32,248 bases of DNA from a virus (lineage: Duplodnaviria > Caudoviricetes). Made by a program: the position numbers and the translations under genes. The stretch covers positions 1 through 32,248 of IMG/VR virus record IMGVR_UViG_3300025528_000026, one strand, 5' to 3'. This document shows positions 24,477 through 32,248 of the stretch, piece after piece (within the stretch, counting starts at the first letter, position 1; each line of letters opens with the position of its first letter). The notes beneath the pieces are model-generated. The model worked only from the letters and a program-made list of their open reading frames with translations. It had not been told where the DNA came from and did not search any database.

Positions 24477-24607
24477 TCGTCCTCCAACTCCTCGCGGCGG
24501 ATCGCGAAGACCTCCTCGGCGTCCATGATCTGATCTGGCTCGATATCGGGCGCCATCCGGCCCGCGACTTCCTCGGCCAGCTCGTCCGGGATCAGCGGCG
24601 CGGTCAT
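24473..24607 (-). CDS. Small acidic protein, 44 aa (below the ORF track cutoff)
   Basis: MTAPLIPDELAEEVAGRMAPDIEPDQIMDAEEVFAIRREELEDE; 9 nt after MuF stop, coupled to next gene. Confidence 0.65.
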   Translation of the reverse strand: MTAPLIPDELAEEVAGRMAPDIEPDQIMDAEEVFAIRREELEDE

Positions 24608-24616
24608 AGCGGCAGG

Positions 24617-27600
24617 CTACTCCGGCAGCAGCATGACCACGACCACCGTCGTGCCATCGGAGCGGGTCGACTTGCGCACCACCTGCATCCGCCGTCCCCG
24701 CCCAAGCAGCGCCTCGCTGGCGCCCTCGTGCCCGAGCGCGGCATGGGTACCGCCCGGGGTGAAGATCTGGAACAGCACCGGCTTGTGGGTGGCCGGGGCC
24801 TTCTTCTGGCGCCAACGGATGATGCGCTCCGCTGGCACCGAGTCCGTCGCGGTCGACAGATAGCCGGGCTCGGTGATGATGGCGCCGGGCTCGAGCCGAC
24901 GCAGGTCAACCGGCCGCATCAGCGCCCCGCGCCACAGTGTGACGTCACGGGGGATGACGCTGGCCGCGATCGCCTGGTCGAGTAGTGCCGACACCTCATC
25001 CAGGTCGACGACGCCCTCCCCGATGCTGGTCAGGTCGACCCGGCCGAACCCAGTCGTTCGTCCGGCCCGCAGGGCACCGTTGAGCGGGTCGGCGACCGCT
25101 GACAGGGTGTACAGGTCGAGCGCCCGGTTCTCGGCGTCGGACAGGCCCGGACGGAGGTGGCTGACCTCCCGCTTGAAGATCGCGGTACCCGAGGACGGGT
25201 GGTGGAACGATGCCGGCACCGGCTCGCCTCGGTGCAGCAAGAATCCCTCTTTGGGCGTGATGAAGCGCTCGCCCGGGCGCGGGGTCACGACGAATCGCGA
25301 CTCGTCGATCGCCTCGAGTGTGGCCCGGTCCCCGGCGACCGTCTCGCCGAGCGTGGGCCGGCGGCGGCGGCGGGGGAGCTTCAGGTCCTCGAGCGCTTCG
25401 GCGAGGCGCTCCGCGACCCTGGCCGCGTCCTCGCCGTCACGGATGATGGCCAGGTTCCGGTTGTCGAGCATGTCCGGGTGCTCGGCGCGCAGCGCGCGCT
25501 GCTGGTCGACCTGACGCCGGATGATGACCGACAACTGCCGCAGCTCCCTCACGGCCTGCTGCTGGCTCACGCGCCCGTTGCGCAGGCCGTCGATGATGCG
25601 GGCGAACTGCCAGCCGAAGGGGTACTGCACGTCCACCGGATCGCCGAGCCTGGCGTCGTGCGCCCGCGCCGGGTCGACGTGGCGGCGCAGATCCACGCCG
25701 ATGCTGTCGGCGTACCGCTCCAGCAGGAGACTGTTCTCCTCGTCGAGGTAGTCGGGCCGGGCCCGTCCTGTCACCTTCTTCGCGGGGGCGGCCTTCTTGG
25801 CGACCTTCGCCGGTGGCGGAACCGCGTCGGCTACCTCTACCACGGGCCGCATGAGCACGACCCGCTCGCCACCGATCTCGATCTCGTATCCGGGTCGGAC
25901 GACCTCGACCCGTGCTCCATCGGCGATGCGCTCACCTTCGATCGGCCGGTGGACCTTCGGATCGAACCGCGTCGCTGAGCCGGCCTCGTCGCCGATACGG
26001 CGCAGGCCCAGCTTCTTCTCCGCGTTCGCCATCGCACGCCGGATCGCCGCCGGACGCCCGGTGCGCATCGCCGTCACCAGCGCCCGGATCTGCGCCTCGT
26101 GCGGCCAACCCTCGATCAGCGACTCGATCCGGCGCAGCCGGGACGCGGCGCGGGATCCGAGCGCAGCCGCCGACGCCTCGTTCGCCAGCAATTCGCTGGC
26201 CTCGGCCAGCGCCTCGGCCACGGCTCGCTGCCGGTCGATGATGACCTGGCTCCACCGGCCGACCTCCGCCAGCCGCTCACCCTCGGGCAGCTCCCGCCAG
26301 CGGCGCACCCACTGCGCCAGTACCGGCTTGGGGACCGCCGCGATGTCGGCGTCGGTGAGGCGGCTGCCGGGCAGGCGCGTGGCCGGCTCCAGCTCCTTGC
26401 GCAGCGCGGGGGCGGTCATGCGCTCCGGCGCGGGCGGGGCCTTCGGGGCGGCGACCTTGCGTGGCGCGGCCTTGTTGGCGGCCTTCTTGGCCGGGGCCGC
26501 GGCCCGCACCGCCGCCACCTGCTCCGGTGTCGCCGGCATCACCTCAGCCCGGATCAGCACCGACGTGGACCCGTCGTAGGTCGTCGCGTAGCCGGGGCGG
26601 ATGACATAGGCGTGGGTGCCGCGCTGCTGGCCGATCCACGACATCTCACCGGCCTTGAACGGCAACACGTCGCCGACGTCGCCGCCGACCTGGCGCAGCT
26701 TCGCCGACCGGGCCACGGTGGCGAGCGCCGCCCGCGCCGCCGCCTCATCCGCCGCGTCCAGCGCGTCCAGCAGCGGCTTCATCTGCCGCAGCAACGCCGC
26801 GAACTCCGGCGCGTCCGCGTTGATCGTCACCGACCCGCGGCGGATCGAGTTAGCCAGCCACCGCAACGCCCGCTCGCTGGCGCCCTTGCCGAGCAGCTCG
26901 TGCGCCCGCACCAGCGCGTCGGCGACCACCCGGCGCTCGTCCAGCACCGACTGCACCGCCCGGGCTCGGGCGGCCTGCGGGGGCATGCCGGCCTCGAGAT
27001 CCGTGGCCAGGCGAACCAGCGCCGGCTTGGAAAGCCCCGGCGGGACGGTAATGCCATGCTCGGCCACCATCGCCCGCAGCCGTGTGACGGGCAGGCGGGA
27101 CAGGTCCGGCAGCGACGGGAGCGGCGCGACCATCACCCCACCACGGCCGCGATCGGGCGCCGCATCCACGAGCCGCACGATGGCCCGCGACAGGCCCGAG
27201 GCCCGCGCTCCGTTCATCACCACATCGGCGTACGCCTCGGCGACGAGCTCGTCGTAGCCGAGCTCGGCGTACCCGGAAACCCCTGCGGATATCACCCGCT
27301 CCCGGGCGACACCGGTCTGCCGGGCGGCGCGGTCCAGCAGCTCATCCAGATCGCGGCGCAGACTACGCGGATCGAGGACGTGGCCGGCCTCGTGCACCGC
27401 CACCGCGACCGGGGAATCGGTGCCGGACGGATGCCAGCCGCGCCGCGCGTCCTCGGCGAGCGCCTCCAGGTAGCGCTGGCGGGCAGCCACGGTGGACCAA
27501 GCCTCATTGAAGATGATGTCCTGGCCGGCCGTCTCGGCGTAGGCGCTGCGGCTCGCGGTCGGGCCGGTGCGCACAGACCCCAGCACGATCTCCGGGTTGC

Positions 27601-28573
27601 GCTCGACCGCGCGCAGGATGCCCTCGGCATGCTCCCGGGCCGTGTCCACCGACCCGCGCAGGTCGACGACGAGCGCACGGCCGGTGATGCGCCGGTACTC
27701 CTCGGCCAGGACCCGGGACACCTCCTGCGGTGAGCGGGCGGCGGCGAGGATCCGCCGCACCTGCGCCGGCAGTCCCGGCGTGGCACGGCCGCCCGACGGC
27801 TCAGCCGCCGCCAGGCCCATCCGCTGCCGCGCGCGGGGATGCGCCGCCTCCCAGTGCCGACGCCACACCCGCAGCGCGTCCTTGCCGCCATGGCCGGCGG
27901 TGACCCGCTCCCACTGGGAGCGCAGCTCCCAGACGTCGGGCGGATCCGGCTCCCGCTTGTACAGCGGCTCGGCCCAACAGCGGCAGTGCGGGTGATACCG
28001 CTCGCCCCGGTGGGAGATGAGCGCGACTTCCTTCGACGGGTAGACCGCGCCGCGGCTGGCCAGCATGGCGCAGAAACCGCAGGCCCGGGCGCCGATGCGC
28101 CGCCGCCACCCGGCCACGCCCTTGCCGCGGCGGGCGGTCTGCTCGATGACGTCGCGGTCGCCGTCGCGCACCGCCTCCTCGGCGACTCCCGCCATGCGCG
28201 AGGCCATCGCCTCGACGGCCTCGTCGGTGTCCATGCCGGCCGCGATCGACCGCTTGAACATGACCGGGCCGGTGATGCGCAGCCGCTCCCGCAGCCGGCC
28301 GACATCCAGCGACCCGGGCACGACCTCGACCGGGCCGGCGCCGGACAGTCGGGCGTGGCGCGGCAAGAAGCTCATCGCCGAGTTGCGCGACTGGGCGTAC
28401 CCGACCTGGATGCGGGTCAGCAGCCCGTCGATGACGCCCCAGTGCCAGGTGGAGATGGAGGCGATGTCGGCGCCCATCGCCACCGACACGACGACCGACG
28501 TGACCCCACCGGCGATGGTGGCTATCTCACGCTGGTGCGCCAGCGCGAGCTGGTCGGCGCCGGGCGTTGCCAT
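24617..28573 (-). CDS. MuF-like minor head protein fused to HExxH domain, two GrpE-head-like repeats and C-terminal VIP2-like ADP-ribosyltransferase
   Basis: ACGFCAMLASRG.VY...YHPHCRC (MuF); VHEAGH..ELVAEAY; FDPKVH..VVRPGY..RVVLMRP; YT...LNGALR..LWRG..YLSTA..SEALL. Confidence 0.85.
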   Translation of the reverse strand: MATPGADQLALAHQREIATIAGGVTSVVVSVAMGADIASISTWHWGVIDGLLTRIQVGYAQSRNSAMSFLPRHARLSGAGPVEVVPGSLDVGRLRERLRITGPVMFKRSIAAGMDTDEAVEAMASRMAGVAEEAVRDGDRDVIEQTARRGKGVAGWRRRIGARACGFCAMLASRGAVYPSKEVALISHRGERYHPHCRCWAEPLYKREPDPPDVWELRSQWERVTAGHGGKDALRVWRRHWEAAHPRARQRMGLAAAEPSGGRATPGLPAQVRRILAAARSPQEVSRVLAEEYRRITGRALVVDLRGSVDTAREHAEGILRAVERNPEIVLGSVRTGPTASRSAYAETAGQDIIFNEAWSTVAARQRYLEALAEDARRGWHPSGTDSPVAVAVHEAGHVLDPRSLRRDLDELLDRAARQTGVARERVISAGVSGYAELGYDELVAEAYADVVMNGARASGLSRAIVRLVDAAPDRGRGGVMVAPLPSLPDLSRLPVTRLRAMVAEHGITVPPGLSKPALVRLATDLEAGMPPQAARARAVQSVLDERRVVADALVRAHELLGKGASERALRWLANSIRRGSVTINADAPEFAALLRQMKPLLDALDAADEAAARAALATVARSAKLRQVGGDVGDVLPFKAGEMSWIGQQRGTHAYVIRPGYATTYDGSTSVLIRAEVMPATPEQVAAVRAAAPAKKAANKAAPRKVAAPKAPPAPERMTAPALRKELEPATRLPGSRLTDADIAAVPKPVLAQWVRRWRELPEGERLAEVGRWSQVIIDRQRAVAEALAEASELLANEASAAALGSRAASRLRRIESLIEGWPHEAQIRALVTAMRTGRPAAIRRAMANAEKKLGLRRIGDEAGSATRFDPKVHRPIEGERIADGARVEVVRPGYEIEIGGERVVLMRPVVEVADAVPPPAKVAKKAAPAKKVTGRARPDYLDEENSLLLERYADSIGVDLRRHVDPARAHDARLGDPVDVQYPFGWQFARIIDGLRNGRVSQQQAVRELRQLSVIIRRQVDQQRALRAEHPDMLDNRNLAIIRDGEDAARVAERLAEALEDLKLPRRRRRPTLGETVAGDRATLEAIDESRFVVTPRPGERFITPKEGFLLHRGEPVPASFHHPSSGTAIFKREVSHLRPGLSDAENRALDLYTLSAVADPLNGALRAGRTTGFGRVDLTSIGEGVVDLDEVSALLDQAIAASVIPRDVTLWRGALMRPVDLRRLEPGAIITEPGYLSTATDSVPAERIIRWRQKKAPATHKPVLFQIFTPGGTHAALGHEGASEALLGRGRRMQVVRKSTRSDGTTVVVVMLLPE

Positions 28574-30020
28574 CCTGCGCGCCTCCCTCTGGCTCTAGCT
28601 GGGTCTGCTGAGTCATCCGCTCAAGCTCGCGCTCCATCTGCTGCTCGAGCACGCCGTCCTCACGGTCCGCCTCGCGCTCCCACGCCTCGAGGTCCTGCTG
28701 GCTCAGCCACGGCAGCAGCTCGATCGCCATGCGCCACATGGCCCGGCGCGGAATGCCGAGCATCTGCGCGAGCTTGCCCAGCGCGTCGGCGACCTGGCCG
28801 AGCGAGCGGGACTCGGTGTCGCGCCAGATGACCTGGGACGACCGGTCGCGCCAACCATCCATGTCATCTGCGGCCAGCGAAGTGAGGCGGAGCAGCTGCT
28901 CGACGCTCTCACCGAACGACGTCTTGTACTCGTTGATCTTCCGCTGCTGCGCGGCCTCGAGTGCAGCCAGCGCGTCAGACGACAGGTTGGCGATGCCGTC
29001 GGTGACGAGCAGGCTGTGTGGCGCCATCTGGGCGACGGCGGTGATGATCCGCATCGTCGACTGTCGCGACTCCAGAAGGCCGGACGGATCAGCCTCGCTG
29101 AACTCGCCGAACTTCGTGTTCGCCGAGTTGCTGATCCAGACCTTGTCCGCCCCGCCGGCGAACGGCTCGACCGGGTTGCCGTGCTCGTCCTCCTGGATCT
29201 CGATGCCGGCCGCCCAGCGCTGCCGCCAACCCTGCGCCCGCTCCACCGTGCGCAACGTGAAAGTGGTCTGATTCAGCGCGTCCTGGTAGGGCATGAGCGG
29301 CTCGACCTCGCCGCGAGCCTGATCGTCCAGGTCTCCGCCGGCCGCGGCGAAGCGGACCAGCGGCGCCATGCCCGGACCAATCTCGAGCCCGTGCGCCTGT
29401 ACCGGGCCACCCTCGCGCTCCTCGTCGAGGACGAGGGTGCCCTCGGAGTCGCCACTGCGGATGAAGTGGTACAGCAGCTCATCGTCAGTCAGGGTGACCC
29501 GCTGCACGTACTTCCGCCTACGGGCGTCCCAGCCCTTCCGGACGGTGATGAAGTAGACCGGCCACTCGTCACCGATCGGGTCGTCGTAGACGGCGGTGCA
29601 CTGACGCGGCGACCACAGTGAGATGAGCCCGAGCTTCTTGCCATCCATCCGGCCGGGCAGGACGGAGGCGTACGACAGCCCGTACTCGATGGCCGTGCGC
29701 CACAGCGCCGACTGGCGGGCGTCCATCCGGTTGGCCTGCCAGTCCCGATCCCACGCCGGGCTCATCTGCGGCGCCTTCGCCGGCTTGAACCCGGTCACCG
29801 CGAGGTTCTCGGCGAAGGTGCTGACCACCAACGGGATGATGTTGGTGCGCGCCATGTCGACGAGCTCGGTGTAGTCGCGCGTGTGACGCCTGGGCCGGAA
29901 CACCCGGATCACCTCACCGCGCACGTACCGGCGGATCTCGTCGAGCCGCCGACACTCCTTGGCGCGGACATCGAGCAGACCGCGGGCCACGTCACGGGCG
30001 TCAGCCTCGGAGAGTGCCAT
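28527..30020 (-). CDS. Portal protein, 497 aa
   Basis: NIIPLVV, WQANRMDARQ, GEVEPL...QDALN, ANLSSDAL; follows TerL with TGATG overlap. Confidence 0.92.
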   Translation of the reverse strand: MALSEADARDVARGLLDVRAKECRRLDEIRRYVRGEVIRVFRPRRHTRDYTELVDMARTNIIPLVVSTFAENLAVTGFKPAKAPQMSPAWDRDWQANRMDARQSALWRTAIEYGLSYASVLPGRMDGKKLGLISLWSPRQCTAVYDDPIGDEWPVYFITVRKGWDARRRKYVQRVTLTDDELLYHFIRSGDSEGTLVLDEEREGGPVQAHGLEIGPGMAPLVRFAAAGGDLDDQARGEVEPLMPYQDALNQTTFTLRTVERAQGWRQRWAAGIEIQEDEHGNPVEPFAGGADKVWISNSANTKFGEFSEADPSGLLESRQSTMRIITAVAQMAPHSLLVTDGIANLSSDALAALEAAQQRKINEYKTSFGESVEQLLRLTSLAADDMDGWRDRSSQVIWRDTESRSLGQVADALGKLAQMLGIPRRAMWRMAIELLPWLSQQDLEAWEREADREDGVLEQQMERELERMTQQTQLEPEGGAQDGNARRRPARAGAPA

Positions 30021-31807
30021 CACCACCCCCAGCTGTACGCCTTGCCTGGTCGAGCCCCTGTATCCTGCTGCGCCTTCTCCAGTGCGCCGCTGTTCAGCAC
30101 GATCCGCCGCCCCATGCGGGCGCCCACCATGCACACCGCGAGATCGACGAGGCGGTCCGAGTCGCGTGTGATCTTGCCGAGGCTCTCGCCCCACTGGTTG
30201 GCCCGCTTGCGGGCGTTGTGGACGTGCAGCCGCAACGCGGCGTCGCCGTCCCACGACAGGTTGCCGTCCTCGATGTCGCGGACGGCCTGCATCGCGGCCT
30301 CGGTGAACTGGCGGTTGCGCTCGGCGCCGCCCTTCTGGCTTAGCCGCATGTCGAACAGCACCGAGTTGCCCGTCGCCTGACCCGGCGTGGCCCAGACGAG
30401 CACCTTGTCCCGGAAGTGCCGATGGAACTCATCCACCAGCGCCATCCAGTACAGCGACTCGTCCGCATCGTCCCGGGCGGGAGAAGGGTCGACGCCGAAC
30501 CACACCACCCGGTACCGCTGGTCGGCGGCGTACACCGCCGCGCGAACCTCGTCGCGCGGCGCCAGCCAGCCCTTACCGCGGTCCCCGCGCGGGCGCTGCC
30601 ACATGTCGATGACGAACACGTGCCCGTCGGAGATCCGGCACCCGACGAGGCCGGTCGCGTCCTGCGACTTGGAGCAGTCGAGGAACATCGCGATCTGGTC
30701 GCCGTCGTGGACGATGATGTCCGGACGGGCGAGCTCGTCGAACCGCCGCGGGTCGACCCACGAGTCCTCCCGAGCCGCCAAGCCGTTGCCGTAGAACCGG
30801 ATCGTGTCCGCCACGCTCGTGCGCGGGTCGAGCACCTCGCCAGCCAACCGCTCGAGGTCGGCCCACGGCGCATCGGCGTAGGCGGCCTTCAAAAACTCCC
30901 GCAGACCGTCGTCGGTGTAGATGTCCAAGTACGGCGGCGCCTCGATCGAGTCGTACAGGATGTCGACCCGCTTCGTCTTACCCGCGACCTGCGCCTGCCA
31001 GGCCAGAAAGGTCCGCTCGGCGACCGAGTCGTTGCCGGGCACATGGGCGTTGGTGAACTCCAGCACCCGAGCCTGCAGCTCGCGCGGGGACTTGCCGACG
31101 TTGCGCCGCGCCACCTCGGCGATGCGGTGGCCACCGTTGGACTCGGTCATGTGGTGCGACTCGTTCAGCGCGATCGCCGTGGCCGGGTCGCCCTCGGAAG
31201 ACCGCTCCGAGGCCGTCAGGATCTCCAGTCGGCCACCGGAATCGGTGATGGTCCGGGTCTCGCCGCAATCGATGCCGAACGCCTCGCGAGTCCGCCTCGA
31301 CAGCATGCCGTTGGCGACCCGCAACACGTCCTTGGCCTGGGCCTCGGAGTTCGCGGCGATCTGCACCAGCGGCATGCGGTGCCGCTCGCCCACCCACCGG
31401 CCGTTGCGCTGCACCAGGTGCGTCGGGCCAATCAGCTCACCGTCCAGCCACACCGCGGCGAACGGGTCCTTGCCGGTGCCCTTCGCGCCGCGCTTCGCCC
31501 CCGACCGGAACAGCCACCGACCCGTGTCCGGGTCGTAGGCGTACCAGAGGATCAGGAACCGCTTCTGGCCCGCGGTGAACCGCCACGGCTCACCGGTCAG
31601 ATGGTGGATGAGCCCCGGACCGTCCTCGTCCTCCCGCCGTCCCTCAGCCCAGTCGATGACCTGCGGGCCGATCGAGCACTCGATCAGCCGCTCCTTCGCC
31701 TGGCGATCCAGCGGCCACGGCAGCGTGCACCAGGCGAGCGTGCCGTACCACGGGTCGACGAAGTAGCCGGGCGGCAGCTCGAAGTCAGAGGTCGGCGTAG
31801 CTCCCAC
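30020..31807 (-). CDS. terL: Terminase large subunit
   Basis: Walker A GAKGTGKD, VQIAA.S..QA, Walker B IALNESH, nuclease FLDCSKSQDATGL and VDLAV. Confidence 0.95.
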   Translation of the reverse strand: MGATPTSDFELPPGYFVDPWYGTLAWCTLPWPLDRQAKERLIECSIGPQVIDWAEGRREDEDGPGLIHHLTGEPWRFTAGQKRFLILWYAYDPDTGRWLFRSGAKRGAKGTGKDPFAAVWLDGELIGPTHLVQRNGRWVGERHRMPLVQIAANSEAQAKDVLRVANGMLSRRTREAFGIDCGETRTITDSGGRLEILTASERSSEGDPATAIALNESHHMTESNGGHRIAEVARRNVGKSPRELQARVLEFTNAHVPGNDSVAERTFLAWQAQVAGKTKRVDILYDSIEAPPYLDIYTDDGLREFLKAAYADAPWADLERLAGEVLDPRTSVADTIRFYGNGLAAREDSWVDPRRFDELARPDIIVHDGDQIAMFLDCSKSQDATGLVGCRISDGHVFVIDMWQRPRGDRGKGWLAPRDEVRAAVYAADQRYRVVWFGVDPSPARDDADESLYWMALVDEFHRHFRDKVLVWATPGQATGNSVLFDMRLSQKGGAERNRQFTEAAMQAVRDIEDGNLSWDGDAALRLHVHNARKRANQWGESLGKITRDSDRLVDLAVCMVGARMGRRIVLNSGALEKAQQDTGARPGKAYSWGW

Positions 31808-32201
31808 TGATCGGAGTCACCTCCGCCGGGACCGAGGACAGCCGGCGCCGCTCAACCTCGATCTTCAGCCGCCGCCGCGCGCCCTCGGTGGTCATCAGCT
31901 CGCCCATCGCCGACCAGATCCGGCCGAACATCGCCGCGTTCGGAGCATCGGCGAGCATCCGGGTCATCTCCGCCGCCACCAGCCGCGCCGCCGCCCAGTC
32001 CGACGGCTCCATCAGCTGCCTCTGCGCCGATTCCTGCAGCGACCGGTACCAGTCCTTGGCGAGCTGGTGCCACGACTCGTCGGCGGGCGGGATCTCGACC
32101 GCGCCGGTCGCCTTGACCATCGTGGCCTCGGCCTTCTGTGCCTTCGTCAGGTGCCCGAGGCGCTGAGACGTGCGCTTGGGCACCGGGCCGCGAGTGCCCA
32201 T
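31785..32201 (-). CDS. terS: Terminase small subunit
   Basis: MGTRGPVPKR, WH..A..WY.SL..S, PSDW, LMTTEGARRRLKIE. Confidence 0.88.
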   Translation of the reverse strand: MGTRGPVPKRTSQRLGHLTKAQKAEATMVKATGAVEIPPADESWHQLAKDWYRSLQESAQRQLMEPSDWAAARLVAAEMTRMLADAPNAAMFGRIWSAMGELMTTEGARRRLKIEVERRRLSSVPAEVTPISGSYADL

Positions 32202-32248
32202 GCAGTGATCACCTCAAGATCAAGAACTCGGGAGGAGCGGCCGGCGCT

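Larger units (their letters stand above)
1..32248. mobile_element. Temperate siphovirus (actinophage-like) genome segment
   Basis: Syntenic terminase-portal-capsid-tail-lysis module plus cro/repressor/integrase; phage-type genes on both sides of the integrase and no host housekeeping genes. Confidence 0.95.

Overview
High-GC temperate siphovirus genome segment, inferred to be actinobacterial from GC content and gene types. Right part (minus strand, 32.2 to 10.7 kb): TerS, TerL, portal, a 1318-aa MuF fusion ending in an ADP-ribosyltransferase, scaffold, major capsid, two glycosyltransferases, head-tail genes, major tail, frameshifting tail chaperone, tape measure, two minor tail genes, a decayed amidase followed by an NlpC/P60-type lysin, holin and a DUF397-like gene. 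Left end: a cro/repressor switch with a short tyrosine integrase, arranged like an integration-dependent immunity cassette. Two accessory modules lie between them. The first is a leftward operon of HTH genes, IbrA-like PP-loop enzyme, GNAT, wHTH and IbrB-like ParB, followed by three tandem MmpS-like membrane paralogues. The second is a rightward array of unrelated small genes at 7.4-10.5 kb. Four of these begin with an identical 17-nt hairpin around the Shine-Dalgarno sequence (GTCGGAGGGAGACCGAC) and a fifth with a compensatory variant. Some share a stop-associated repeat, the spacers are chains of hairpins, and one spacer holds a 46-nt tRNA-like minihelix ending in ACCA. This array is the best candidate for an undescribed system. 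All family assignments come from motif recognition by eye; no searches were run.
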